From the NCBI GenBank assembly GCA_026770705.1, contig JANJGN010000034.1, forward strand, positions 5,766,001-5,830,000: DNA of 64,000 nucleotides, read 5' to 3'. Made by a program: the position numbers and the translations under genes. Under the pieces are notes generated by a model, which was not told where the DNA came from, did not search any database, and was given only the letters and a program-made list of their open reading frames with translations. Origin of the DNA: Isurus oxyrinchus (taxonomy: Eukaryota). The first letter of the stretch is position 1. Each line of letters opens with the position of its first letter. Positions 24,901 to 38,439 of this stretch are shown here, one piece after another.

Positions 24901-26775
24901 ATCCCAGAACAATAGGGCAGCTGAGTAAGCAGCCTCTCTCCCAAACCACTCCAACTGATGGGGCGGCAACGAGATGTAGCAGCCAATAACGTCAGCTTAA
25001 GGCACCTTATCCAATACACGGGTATGTCACTTGTGAATTTGTGTTCGCCTTAAAATTGGGACCCATATGTTTGCCATCGCTAACTAGTGTTCTGTGGTTT
25101 TGTTTTGGACACAATAAAGTTCACCTTTGCAACCATGGCTGACGGTGCTTTGTTTGTGGTGCATTTTTCTTTTTCACATACTTATCATGAGTGTCTGAGA
25201 GAACATTGACCTTTCTGTACTAAGCCCCATATTTGAAGCTAAACAGGAGGTAGATGTGGCAACTAAGTGCCATGTCTGCAAGTGCCAGGAAATGTTGCTC
25301 CTGCTGATTCATGTCTGTGGAGCTTTGTGAAGGTCCCTTGGAATAAATGATCGCGGCTGTCCCTGCCTCCTTGGTGCAGATGCGGGTCATTGTTCTGCCC
25401 CTCATTATTGCCCTCTGTTTCCTAAACATCTGAGGCACTGCTGGATTGATGATATGCAGCCTCACCCAGGGTGTCAAGTCTCCGTCATCAACTGCATCCC
25501 CCATTTCCAGTGCAAGATTGTGCAGGGCACAGCAGACTACCTTTAGCAGACAAACACAATCTGGGGACACTGGACAGCGCCCCCTCATTGGTCCAGTCAA
25601 TGGGAGTGCATCATGAGAAAACCAATGGCTCTCTCCACCACAGGTGTAATGGTGCCCTGGTTCCTATGGTGTCGATGCTCAGCCTCTGTTCTTGCACAGT
25701 GTAGTGGCATCATGAGTCGCCTTCTGAGGGGACATCCATTGTCTCCCAGCAGCCAACCATCCAGCAGAGCCAGAGCGCTAAAGAGACCTGGCACTTGGGA
25801 GTGTCTGAGGATGTTGGCATCTTGGGAGCTGCATGGGTACTTTGCACGGACTTGAAAATTCTGCATCGTCTGATCACACGCTATCTGCACGTTCATGGAG
25901 TGGAAGCCCTTCCTGTTGATGAAAGCACAGTGTTTACATTTTGGCGTCTTGATGGCCACATGTATGCAATCTAAAGCCCCCTGGACGCGGATGAAGTTAG
26001 CAATGGTCACGAAGCCTCAAGGTAGCTGTGCCTGACCTGCGTGGAATTGGATGAAGGTGGATACCCGTCTGAACAGAGCATCTATAACTTGTTTGACAAA
26101 AGTGTGGACAGTTCATTGGGAGACACCACAAAGATCATCCACCGAGCGCTAGAAGGAACTAGGGGCATTGAAGTGGAGGGCAAGTGTGGGCTTCAGAGTC
26201 GCTGTCATGAGCAGTCCAGCCACACATTTTGGAGTGATCTCAAGGCCAATCATCTGACAGACATAGTCGACTGTCTCCCTTGAGAGTGAGAGATTCCTTC
26301 GGTGCTGCACCGCAGTCATATTGAGGTAGCTGCTACACCGCCTGTATGTCTTGGCCGCAGGACAGAGCCGTTGTCTGTGGTGGCCCCTTGCACCTTGGAC
26401 AACTCCTTGGCCCTGCGCCCCTTGTACATATAAGGAGAAGTGCAATTATGACTCGGTGCTCTGAATACAAATCACTTTCCAAAAGCACAAAACTTACATT
26501 CAGTTGAATAAAGAGAATCTGGATTGAAACAAACTAAAACAAAGAAGGATCAGAAATAGTGATTATGCAACTTCCATAAAATTGTGAAAATTCAAGGTCT
26601 CCATTAATTCCCAAATGGGGGGAAAATGTGCCTCATGTGGACCCCCCTGGATGAAACTCAAGGAACATGGCAATAATGTTAACTTCCCTTGTACACGGCC
26701 GGGCAAGTGATTCAGTTGCGGGTCATTATCAGCTTGTCAAGCCGATTAAGTGTATCCAACCTAATATTGTATGCA
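21935..26775. mobile_element. Decayed PIF/Harbinger DNA transposon (transposase on -, Myb/SANT-like remnants on +)
   Basis: GC-richer block starting at cagaatttta (21939); DDE transposase remnant; + strand exon remnant AKPHHNAREQQRSGG after ttttgcag (about 23114); right boundary approximate. Confidence 0.65.
25400..26445 (-). pseudogene. HARBI1-like Harbinger DDE transposase, frameshifted
   Basis: VQGALDCIHVAI, FINRKGFHSMNVQIACD, YPCSSQDANIL, GWLLGDNGCPL, VERAIGFL and CCALHNLAL are Harbinger motifs, split across frames. Confidence 0.9.
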
Positions 26776-27600
26776 CAGAAAGCCATCACTCATAAAGATG
26801 CTGGTAACCAGAATAATGATTAACAATAATAATAATCATTTGATAACTGAATGGTAATGGCCTCATTCTTAGAAAAGATATTTTAGGAATGAAACATGTT
26901 TTATTATATATGTATAAGGAAGATATCGGAACGTAATAACTGCTAGGTAACATAGAACATTATGGAGCTAATTACTCCAAAATGCATAAGACAAATGTAT
27001 GACCGAATATTGTTCTTAATAGTTTACCATACATCTGTACAGCAAGCCCAGACATAAATTTGCAGTTGCAAATTCCATTTGCAGAATTTTAGGCCAGCCG
27101 AATTTGAGGCTCCCGCAGAAGTCCATGAAGTTTAACATGTCTCATCACATTTTACGTCTCTGCCCCCAGAAACGGTGCCGTAAAATTCTGGTCCAGCATG
27201 TAAGATTATCGACACTGAAACTGTCCAGTAATTTACGAGCTACTTCAACAACCAAGAAGCACTCAGTACATCTTAAACTTCGCCATAAGGGTCGGCGGAG
27301 GCCAACAGATAGGTGCTTTTAAGGATGATGGATGAGCAAGAATGGGTGAAAAGGGGACTATGAAACATTATTCTGAATGAGCGAAGGAATAGTAATAGAC
27401 GAGGATTATGGTTATAGACTCTGCCACGGGCTAATTAGGCCGACCGGCGTGTTGCTATGTTGTATGCCTTTAAATTTCGTTGGCAATGCTCTGGGTCATA
27501 CAAGGGCTACAGTTGGAAAAAGGAAGCTTTTCGTTTTCAGTATTCTTTGTATGGTCATACCTTGTGCATGAAACATAATAAATTATACGTTTCGTTACAG

Positions 27601-27627
27601 AAAAGCAGTTGACAGCAAAAGAGGAAG
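27601..27627 (+). CDS. 27-nt phase 1-1 micro-exon, (E)KQLTAKEE
   Basis: Acceptor tttcgttacag, donor gtaatt; paired with the exon at 28150 across a 522-nt intron. Confidence 0.8.
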
Positions 27628-28149
27628 GTAATTATTTTTGAAATTTTGACCATACAACCGCATAGGAAATAAATTTATTTAATTTATTTATGCATAACAA
27701 CCAATGTCCCAATAGTGACATCCTCGCCTATGGTCGAGTTTCTTTTTGGGTACAGCGCTCACTGCTAGGAAATGGGAACTCCGGCTGCGTCCACAGAAAG
27801 TGTTTTGTATGCCTCAGGTGTAACTATTCGCACCATGCCTTACACCACGGCATGACCTGTCCTGTCAGGGCGATGTAAAGGAAATATTGCCATAAATTGA
27901 AACAATTACAAGTGAATTATCCTTGGCTCCTTATCCAACAGTTGTTCCCCAACCAACGAAGCACACCATCTGCTCACTAAATAGATAGTCCTTGTCTGCT
28001 AGCTTTTTATGCACATTGACTTGAAAAAATTCAATCACACCATAGAGAGGCATTTCTGTTTAATAAATTAAACAATATATGAGTTTAATGCGCTGCATGA
28101 AATGTATTTTAAGAATAAGTTTGATGAAAAACGTAACTTTATTTTCCAG

Positions 28150-28185
28150 AACTAGAAGCATGCCAAAAAAAGTTAAAAGATTTAA
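28150..28185 (+). CDS. 36-nt phase 1-1 micro-exon, (E)LEACQKKLKDL
   Basis: Acceptor ctttattttccag, donor gtgagg. Confidence 0.8.
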
Positions 28186-29689
28186 GTGAGGAACAAAAAA
28201 ACACTGTCTCGAAAACAGTGATAGAAATGTGAATGCTACATAATTGGCAGCATATACTTGTCCTGTCCTTGTAAGCCTTGTTGGACATTATTTTATATTT
28301 CAATCATTGCAGCTTAATTTCGGTCAGTTTCTTTGCGAATATTTCTCCAATTTTACCATCACAATAACCAACTTCTAATCATTCCTACCTCACACATATC
28401 CTTAGTTTCCCATTAATATACACCTTAATGATACCGTTCGACAGCTAAGCAAGACACTTAGTGATGTCACAGTTGCCTTTGAAAGCCTAAGTCTTCTCCT
28501 GCTTTGTGTCTCATTCAGTTGCAGTTAGCTGAATTGCCTGGGAGGCATAAACTGGCCTGTTCCTCCAATGAGGGTTGCTGGGCTCCTCCTAACCATTGGG
28601 ATTTGGTACTGCCCTGTCCGCTTCCTCTGGAACCAGAACACGTTTAACTTCCTTGTGTTCCCTTCTTGTGTTCACCTTGTCTTCCTCCTCTTGATAATAT
28701 TCCTCTGGCCTTCGACTGATACCATGATTCCTGTCTGTTCCTTAGAATTTTTGTTCCTCATCCCTCAGTTACAGACAGCACAATATTTAATGTTCCTAAA
28801 AAAAGGCCCATTTAAATCAGAGGAAATTCATCTTCATGAAAAAAGAAATAAAAGTATGTCACTATGCACACTCAATTGATCAGTCCATGCTGTCAATTGA
28901 GTTTGACCTGCAAACTTGAGACTCTGGTCCGAGCTGATGTTTCAAGACACGCCAAGACAATCTTACCTTTCAGAAATTGGACTTCCCGCCTCACATAAAT
29001 CTGCAGCTGAAGTTGTAATAATGGCTTCTGACGATTTTATTGCGTTGAGATGGGCACTTAAATATAAAAAAATCTTGTGAATTTGATATCAAAATAACGC
29101 TCGAAATCCCGACTTTTTGGCCAGCTGAGGTGCTTTATTGTCAACCAGCGTGATGACATCATCAACAGAAGCGACGTCACCAAACTCCTTAAGGGGCAAA
29201 TACTCCCGAATGAGGGGCGTATTATTCAGGCCGTTGTATCTATGTCTACCATATCGGCGCCATCAATGATTTAAACATGCCAGATCATCAGTGAATCTTC
29301 TCCTTTTAGGAAAGAGAATCGGACTATGTGGCAATTATTGGAAATTGGAATACAACACATCAGATAAGGGATACTCTTCTCTTGTTTGCACCAGCCTTAG
29401 CATGCCTCAATAGCTTCTGGAAAATGACGACTGGACTTTGCAGCGAATATCAGGCAAAAAATAAGCAACGTGACCCCATGCACTTCTAAGGAAATGTAAT
29501 TAATTCAACGAAATAACTTTGGTTTCTGTTTTGTTTAAATTTCGTGTAAATGTATAATTGGCAATCCAATATTCCTCAGGAAGTTTGTAGTCGACTAGGA
29601 CTTTCGTCTAAAAATGTTTCAATTCAAATCTACTGTTGTTTGAACATAAATGTTATGGAGTAGCGCAAAGCTGGCCCCTTATATTGTTG

Positions 29690-30560
29690 GTAGTCGGTAG
29701 GTCAGTAGCATAATCTAACCTTAACCAGTTATACTGCAGAGGATGAAATCTGTCCCCTCGGGTCTGGGTCGCCTGACGAGGAGCAACAAGGTCAATATCA
29801 CTTGAAAGGTCTTGATCCGTAGTGTTGTAGCTTTTGAAGTTTACGGACATAAGTAAGGCTCTTCAAAGTGCATCAAGATTTGTGCCTCCGCCAGTCTTCC
29901 AGACAATGTGATCCAGATCCCTAAATCTCTCTCGGAAAACTCATAAATCCACACAATCACCATAAATCTCGTACATTTTAGTCTCACGGTATTCCCATTG
30001 GTCATTAAACTCTTAGGAGACGCAAAGGGGACCTTTTATCTACTCTAACATATCCCTCAATGGTTAATGCATTTCAATGAAGCCTTTTCGCAGCTTCCTC
30101 TGATGCCAGAAAGCAAAAGTAGCCTATCCAATCTCTTCTCATTATAAAAACCCCTAGTTCAGCCAACATTTTATTAAATCTTCTCTGATTCTTTCCAGGC
30201 AATGCACATTTCTACAATAATGCATTGACTATAACTGCATGCAGTTCTCCTGCTGTGGGCTAACCAGTGTACTATATAGTATGACAAAACCACCCAGCTC
30301 ACATATTCAATACCTTGCCGAATAAAGGAAAGTATTTATATGCCTTCCTGACCACCTTATCCACCAAGCAGCCAGTTTCAGGAATATATGTGCATGCACA
30401 CCAATAATCCCTTTGACAATGTGCAATTCACAGCATCCTGCCACTTAGTATGTATTCATTTTCGTGTTTGTATTTTCCCCAAATGCATGACCTCTCACTT
30501 CTCCGGATTAAACTGCTTCAGTCACTGCTGCGCCCACCTGACTTATATACATTTTTATTG
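29690..30560 (-). mobile_element. CR1 LINE 3' fragment
   Basis: Reverse-strand CR1 hallmarks: cctatccaatctcttctcatt, ccttcctgaccaccttatccacc, cccaaatgcatgacctctcacttctccggattaaa (FNxEKCEVMHLG-like). Confidence 0.75.
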
Positions 30561-31669
30561 TTTTTAGAAATCCCAGTAAGCACATTTGTTTTACATGCAA
30601 TCGTCTAATCATCTGCAATATTTTCGATTCCAAAATGTTTATATAAAGTGCAGAATGTTGACGGAAGTGGTAATGACCGCTATATAAAGCTACTGGAAGC
30701 GGGCTACCATTTAATGAAACTAGCATCAACACTGTTTCTCTTGCCTCTGACGGAGTTTTGGATAGAATTTGATACTTGTGCTTAGACCTCACGGAGCATT
30801 GCTTTCCTGACTGGTCTGTTTTGGGATCTAATCAATTAAAACGCTGGTAAACTCTATACAGACTACATCAAATACATTACGCTAATCAACCCTTCTTGTC
30901 AACTGGCCCAATGAAAATAAACACCGTAAGACAGAAACGTCTTTGCATAACAAATCCGTGCCCACTTGCTTTGATTTTTCCATGCTCTATTCTACATGAA
31001 GAATGATCCTGCAAGTCAGATTTTTAAAAACCTATTTTTCCCCTCCACGGAGGTAACATTGATTGTACGTTTCGACGCTTTTGAATTTTTGGCAAAGCAT
31101 TACATCTTCTCCACTTTGCTGGCACTATAACTATCGCTGCAGAGCTTTTTTGGTAATAATGGGCTTTGCTTCTGCTATTGATTCTCTTGCTTTGATAGAC
31201 TATCTAGGCCACATTTATTTCAACCCGGTCCAGAAATTACATAATGATAATGACCACTTGACTATTTGAAGTCCACAGAGAAATCAACACAAGCCATTCC
31301 TGATCTGAATGTCGTCACTGCCATCCTAGTTTGTGAAAATAGATACAATGTTTTGATTCAGAATAATACGAACGGCCTCAGCTTCCAGGGAAGTAGCCAT
31401 GATCGAGCCTAATAGTAATAAAGTGCAGAGGTATCCATAGATATATACAAAGTAATATGTGAAATGGGTATTTTAACCAAAAGTGGAAATCACACACGAA
31501 TTCAACATTTTCGTTCAAGGGAAACGTCCATCTATGTAGGATGGAATGTGTTGGCTGTGCACAAATACAGCAGTTGAGCTTCGCCACGTGCCTTATGGAA
31601 GAACCAAATTGATTTGCATTACTTGCGTGCAAGATACTCTTGTAAATATTCCTTCTTGTGTATTTTGAA

Positions 31670-31960
31670 AGCACAGATTTTGATGCTGATGATGCTGATG
31701 GTGATGCTGACACAGCTGGATGTGTTTATGGGGATGTTAGGCGTTTTGATAGTGATGACGATGAGCAGGTTGCACATGTTCGTAATGGGGATAATGATAA
31801 TGAGGCTGAAGCTGGCTGTGACGAAAATGGTGGGATATGAAGTTTGCATTTGATGATGATGATACTGGTAGTGGCAAGGGCTATCAAACTGCCTGTAATT
31901 GATGACGATAGTGCTGATGAGTCTTCAAGTACAAAGGTAAGATTTGAGAGCGAAGATGAA
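31670..31960 (+). repeat. Degenerate (GAT)n-rich low-complexity tract
   Basis: gatgctgatgatgctgatggtgatgctgac...; related tracts at about 1280-1450, 8850-9010, 15690-15900 and 19720-19830. Confidence 0.65.
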
Positions 31961-33570
31961 ATATCTAAAAACTTTTATTTATATGCCTTCTCATCATGGC
32001 TGAACGATTGCATCGACATTTCTCAATCAAAACTTTACGGAATGGTTTAGGTTTTATATTCATGCAGAACCTAATGATTCGGACAAGCCTGGAGGTGGAG
32101 AAACACAGTACATTTATTTTCTGAGTAGATATCCTTCTTGAGTGGCAACGCTTAATCGACAGTTATCTTCAAACTGCCGAATAACCTTTCATATAGATGT
32201 CAATAGAAACCAAAAGGTCTGAACGATGATGCCCGTTTTGTCTCTGATGCCAATATGATTGCCACCCGACGTCTACTAAAAGTTAGTAAGCTGTTGAAGT
32301 GCCATTCAAGTGAGAGCTGGTCTTCATTATGACCTGTTTAATCAAAGCCTCGATTTTGAAAGTCAGATCGTTGTTTTCAAAGCACACATTGATTTGAACC
32401 TTAATAGTTCTGCAACCTCGTGCAGCCACGAAACCTCTGAGACATATAACGTTCCGTATACCAATAATAAATAAATTAAATAGCAAATGAAAAACAAAGT
32501 GAGAAGTTAAAACCCTTTATATGTGGTGCCATAAAGACAAAATAGGAAGTGAAAGTTATCAGTCCCAATTAAAATAATGTTCCCAGAGCTAATCAGGCAA
32601 GTTAGCCCCAGGGGCGCGCACCACTCACAGAAGGAATCTATCATACCGACGGACACTGAATGGTCCCTCTTCGGAAGTACCTGCACTCAAACGTAGCCGC
32701 CGAAAATAGCAAGCAGTTGGTCCTAATGGTTGCCCTTGCCTACGCTGTTAATGGCCACATTGTTCATATCCAGAAACAGACTAACCAGGACATTCTCCAC
32801 TTTGCACGCCTACCTGTGCAACGGCTAACTACAGATCAGGAGCGTGGATCTGGTGTGTCTTTGAATCATCTTAATTTCCTATTGCAACTGACTGCTACTG
32901 AAAAATCCTCAACACAATGTCCTCAATGGTAACCAATCGAAATGTAATTAATTCTGAGCTTTTAAGAATTCATGATATATGTTATTTCACCATTCGCTGC
33001 CTTCCCTCCACAACGAGGCAATATCTTAAGTAGAACCGGCCTTACACGAAGTAGTTGATCCAGACCTCTGGAACAACCAATTTTTGACGCAAAACAAGAC
33101 ACTGCACAGAGTGCCATGTGGATCGTTAGACACCATTTTGAACATAGTTCACTCATATCTGACCTCCCACTTTGGCGTAAAAATATGACACTATTAAATG
33201 ATTGTTGATAATATTCGTGATGCAGCTACATTCATCCGAATTGTTTGGAAATATCCTACAATTTGCAGGGATCGTTTGACATCCCATTAATATCCGCTGT
33301 TTTTCTAAGCATTTCAGAACCGTATTTTACATTTTTTCTCTTAGCACGTGACCGATTTAAAAAAAAATATTGCATGTCAGTTATCACTTTGCTGCTTATA
33401 TTTTATTCAAGGCTGCGCATTCCTCCCTCAGAAGAGGCCTAATTTTGTACCAGCAGCAAACTAATTTGAAAACTCGCACAACAGTGGGGAATGTGGGAGG
33501 TGTTAACAACAATAATTTCTAATGAAATTAAACAGCTGCAAGATTCTTTATTTTTTCTGCTGCATTCCAG

Positions 33571-33606
33571 ATCACGCTGCATGCGAAGTCTTACTGAAAT
33601 ATCAAG
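33571..33606 (+). CDS. 36-nt phase 1-1 micro-exon, (N/D)HAACEVLLKYQ
   Basis: Acceptor ttttttctgctgcattccag, donor gtaaga; GCTGCATG core shared with the exons at 14948 and 20880. Confidence 0.75.
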
Positions 33607-34714
33607 GTAAGAATTGCATTATTAACTATACATATTGTATTTACATATCACCCAACTTTTTTTGTAAATTGTTATGATGTTGCAGATGTCAGTACCTGCT
33701 AGAACAAATCTACAAGGGAAAACTGGCCACGCTCTCAGAATGGCTTTGGAATTGTGTTTATTATGAGACGTGCAAACCATTAGGAATGACTCCACAAAGA
33801 CCTTCAGAGAATTTTTTTTTTACTTGAAGTAAAATATCAACAAAATAAAGGATTCCAAGCAGATTCATTAAGCACAAAATATTCTACTAAAAGTCCTTAA
33901 TATCCATCCTCCCATATAACTTTTAGGCCACCATCAATAATAGATTATAGTTTATTGAAAGCAAAACAGGTTAACACATTAGTCACTTGACATAGGAGTT
34001 CAAGAAAGTTTTCTGGAACTTTAGTTACTGGAGGCATCAAGCATCTGCACAAATGGCTGGAAGTTTCTCCAAGACTATTTCACACAAATCCGATACATCT
34101 TATGTGGCCCTGGAACAGATCTGCCATTCCTCCTACTTTACATATGTTTCTCTATCATTAATATGTAAAATCCATTGTCAGTAACTTTTGGGAAAAAATA
34201 AACACTCTAAAACTTTGCTTATATGGCTAGTTGTAAAGAAACTAACAACCCTTTGAAATCTGAACAATCCCTTCAATTATCTAAAATGCAAATTTGCTTC
34301 ACATTTTCCATGCTAAAGCAGAATTTATACTTAATAGCAATTCAAATATGTTTTTACCCCTAAATTATTTTGTTAATTTTGGTAATTAAGCTTGCAATCT
34401 ACCTGACTCCAAATGTAATTAAATCACACTGGCAGAATAATTTATACTCATACCCAGAAATATCACTTACAAAAACCGGGAAAAAAATAGGTTTTAACTA
34501 GCAGAATGAATATTCGGGGAAAGAAAACCGTGTGTGTGTTGTATTTAGTTTTTCAGCAAGTTTTTGATTAAGTGCCACATAAGACGTTAGTGCAGCAAAT
34601 TTAAGTACATGGGATTTCAGTGCATATATTGGCATATGTTGAGAAATTGATAACGCAGAGGAGGTTATGAAAAGGCTTCGATGATAATTAATCTGTTTGT
34701 GTGGTAGACGTTTC

Positions 34715-36446
34715 AAGATGATTCAAGTGTTGAATGAATACTTCACGTCTGTCTTCACCCAAGAGAATGAGCATAAAGGTGTAGAACTTGGGGAGAGAGA
34801 CTGCGAGGGTCTTAAGCAAATTGGTTTAAGGAGTTACATGGTGTTGGAGTTGTTGGCAGGCTTAAAATTGGACAAATCTCCAACTCCGAACGATTTGTGT
34901 CCCAGGCTGCTGTGGGACGCAAGGGAGGAAATAGCAGAGCTCTGAGCCGAATTCTCAATTCCTCTCTGGCCACTTTGCAGCTGCTAGACGACTGGAGAAC
35001 AGCTAATGTGGTTCCACTATTTAAGAAAGGCTAGATAAACGAGGTAACTACTGGCCAGTTAGTCTCATATCAGTGCTAGGGAAACAAATGGACAAATTAC
35101 TGAAAAGGATTTTCTATATTCTCTTGGAGAGGCAAGGTTTCATCAGGGATAGTCAGGATGGCTTTGTCAGAGGAAAGTCTTGCTACGAAAAGTGATTGAA
35201 ATGTTTGAGGAGATAACCCAGTGTTTAGATGAAGGTAGTGCAGTTGATGTAGTTTATATGAATTTCAGTGAAGCATTTGACATGGTCCCACATCGGAGAC
35301 TTATAAAGAAGACAGAGTCACATGTGACACAGAATAATTTGATAAGGTTTGTTCAAAATTGGCGTAGTTGTATGAGGCAGATGGTTATGCGAGAAGGATG
35401 ATTTAGTCACTGAAACACAATCTCCAGTGGAGTACCACAGGGATCTGTGCTCAGTCCCTTTTTATTCATAATTTATGTAAACAACATAAATGTCTATGTG
35501 GGGGGTAATATTAGTATGTTTGCAGATGTCACAAAGATTGGCTGGGTGGTTATGAGTGAGGCTGCGTGTCTTGTGCTACATTAGATGTTGACAGGTTGGT
35601 CAATTGGGCAGATAAGTGGCTGACGGAATTTAACCCTGAAGAAGTGTGAGGTGATGCACTTTGGAAGGAGTAATTTGACAAGGAAGTATTCAATGAACGG
35701 CATGAAACTAGCAAGTTCTAAAGAACAAGACGGACCTTGATGTGTATGGCCATAGATGTCTGAATGCAGAGGGTATGTTATTGCCGTGGTCAAAAAGGCA
35801 TATGGGACACTTGCCCTTATTAAGAAAGGCATAGAGTACAAAAGTAGGGAGGTCATGTTGAACGTGTATAGAACTTTATTTTGCCCACAGATTGAGTACT
35901 GTGTACATTCCCTGTCGCTCCATTACAGGACGGATGTGATTGCACTGGAGGGTGTGCAGAGGAGATTCACCCCAGAAGGTTTCCTGGGATGAAACATTTA
36001 AGTTATGAAGGGAGGTTATATGGACTTAGGGTGTTTTCGTTGGAGCAGGGAGGATTGAGGGAAGACGTCATCGTGGTATACAAGATTTTCAGGGTCATGG
36101 ACAGACTGGATATGGAGCACATGTTCCAATTAGTTCAAGGGTCATTCACAAGGTAGCACACGTACAAGGTGAGGAGCAGGAGCTTTAGGGGAATGTAAGG
36201 AAAAATGTTTTACCCCTTGGGTGGTGACGGTATGGAATGCTGTGCCTGGGACGGTGGTGGAGACGGTTTTCCCCACATCCTTTAAAAAATAACTGGATGA
36301 GCACTTCACACGTAAAAAATAAACTTTCAACACTCTGGGCCAAGTGCTGGTAATTGGTATCAGGTAGGTAAAGTGTTTCTCACCTGTCGATGCAGACTCG
36401 ATCAGCTGAAAGACGCCTTCTGCACTATGATTCTGTGATTCTGTGA
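34715..36446 (+). mobile_element. 5'-truncated CR1 LINE (RT region to tail)
   Basis: VLNEYFTSVFT, LKLDKSP, DWRTANVVPLFKKG, VDVVYMNFSEAFDMVPH, SGVPQGSVL, FNPEKCEVMHFG-like motifs; ends in an attctgtg repeat, the CR1 octamer tail. Confidence 0.92.
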
Positions 36447-37265
36447 GTAAATGGGGAGGTACATAGCAGATGTGTGATAACGTCAACAAGTGTGAAGTTA
36501 TCCACTTCGGTAGGAAAAAAGAGAATGACAATGTATTATTCAAATTTTGATTGACGGGAAAATGATGGTATGCAAAGCGACCTGGGTCTCCTTATAAATA
36601 ACACTAAAAGAACTCATGCTGGTGCAGCAAGCATTAAAGAAAGCAAATGGTACGTTGACCTTCATTGCAAGAGGACCCCAGTGCAGGATCAAGGATGGAT
36701 TACTGCAGACATACAGGGTCTTCTTGAGTACGAATCCTTCATTATTGAGAATTTTCAGTCACCATACCTCAGGAAGGATACACTTGCAATAGAGAGAGTG
36801 CAACAAATGTTCACCAGACTAATTCCTGGGATGGTGGGATTGTCGTAACAGGAGAGATTGGGCCAACTCAGCTGACTAGTTTGAAATAATGACAGGGAAC
36901 CCCACTCAAATGTATGACATTCTGACAAGGCTCGAAAGAGATGATGTTTCCTCTCACTGGGAGTTCGCGAATAAATTATCACAGACTCAGGGTACGGGAT
37001 ATACCATTCAGTGCTGAGATGAGGAGAAAGGACATGGTGGACCTTCGGAATTCTCTACCCCAGGATGTTGAAGACGAGCAGAGACTAAATAATATTAAGA
37101 ATGGAATGCATAGATTTTTGGCTTCTAAAGGCATCAAAGGTTAGGGGGAGTGAGCGGGGATGTAGCGTTGATATAAATGATCAGACATTATCACATCGAA
37201 TGGCAGAACAGGCTCGAAGGCTGAATGAAATGTCACTGCTCATAGTCTCTTTGCCTCTATGTTTC
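36447..37265 (+). mobile_element. Second CR1 3' fragment
   Basis: NKCEVIHFG and SPYLRKDTLAIERVQQMFTRLIPGM motifs; 3' UTR cgaatggcagaacaggctcgaagg. Confidence 0.85.
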
Positions 37266-37862
37266 TGTGTCGAAATGTATGTAGAATCGTATTTTCCACA
37301 CATGCCTTTTATGAATTAAATAAAAAATCGAAAACAATATGAATTCCACTGCACAGCCATTGGGAAATAATAACGCTTCAATGAAATCACTGTACTCGGT
37401 TCCCATCTGTTAACGTGTATGAGGGAAAAAGGGAACAAAATGAGCATTGTACAACACACACAGTGCTTTGTGCCATGTTGTATTTTCTCTCACGTCAATT
37501 CAATTCCTCTGAGGTTGGGTCACATTTAGATTCATGCTATCATTTCGGGTCACTCTCCCGATGAATGTTCATGGTGGGCATGGAAATGTCGCATTGCAGT
37601 TATACGACAAATATGGTCAGGATTTGAGAATCACTTTATAATTATTTTCTAAGTAGGGGCGTAAATTCGCTCGAGACTAGAGAGTTAACGGGTGATTCGA
37701 TTCACTTTTTCAAGAGGAATGATATATTCCAACGGCTAGACAGACATAGACCATAACCACCATGTGAAAATGTTTGTTCCAAAAAAAATACAACAACGTA
37801 AAATTAAACATATAGAATTGACTGAGGATACCACCATGTTTCTTGGTGTACAACGCAACAAT

Positions 37863-38340
37863 GGAACATAGAAAAATAGAAACTAGAGCAGGACTAGGTC
37901 ATTAGGCCCTTCGAGCCAGCTCAAACATTCCTTGTGATCATAGCTGATCATCCAACTCAATGGCCTGCTCCTGCTTTCTTCCCATACCCTTTGATCCCTC
38001 GCACCTCAAGGCCTATATCTAATTCCTTTTTGAAAGGTTACAATGTTCTGTTCTCAACTATATTCTGCGCTTACGAATTACACAGGCTCAGTACTCTATG
38101 GATGAATAAATTTCTCCTCATCTCAGTCCTAAATGGTGTACCCCTTTCCTGAGACCGTGACACATTGTTCTGGAGTCCCCAAACATCGGGAGCACCCTGC
38201 ATTTATCTATACTGTCTAGTCCTGCACCAATTGTATAGATTTCTATGAGATCCCCCCTAATTCTTCTGAACTCCAGTGAATATAGTCCTAATCGATTTAA
38301 CCTCTCCAAGTATGTCACTCCCGCCGTCCCAGGAACATTT
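37863..38340 (-). mobile_element. CR1 3' fragment
   Basis: Minus-strand YLERLNRLGLYSLEFRRIRGDLIEIY, the CR1 ORF2 C-terminus. Confidence 0.88.
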
Positions 38341-38439
38341 ATCAAAATTCAATGAGGCTCATAGTCAACACAGCGTTTCAAAACTGAGACCTTAGCTCTT
38401 AATTATGCGACATTAGATGTTAACATTGCCAATGCGAAT

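Noticed and set aside
27082-27190. taaaattctg (27181) as the right TIR of the Harbinger element
   Set aside because: It pairs equally well with cagaatttta at 27082, suggesting a separate mini-element of about 110 bp; no TSD confirmed.
31844-32050. ORF MHLMMMILVVARAIKLPVIDDDSADESSSTK resembling a signal peptide plus an acidic SCPP/SPP1-like start
   Set aside because: The Met/Leu run is the alternative frame of a GAT repeat, the ORF-track start is TTG, and there is no supporting exon structure.
33669-34470. Possible solo LTR starting tgttatga
   Set aside because: No clear terminal CA, TSD or second copy visible.
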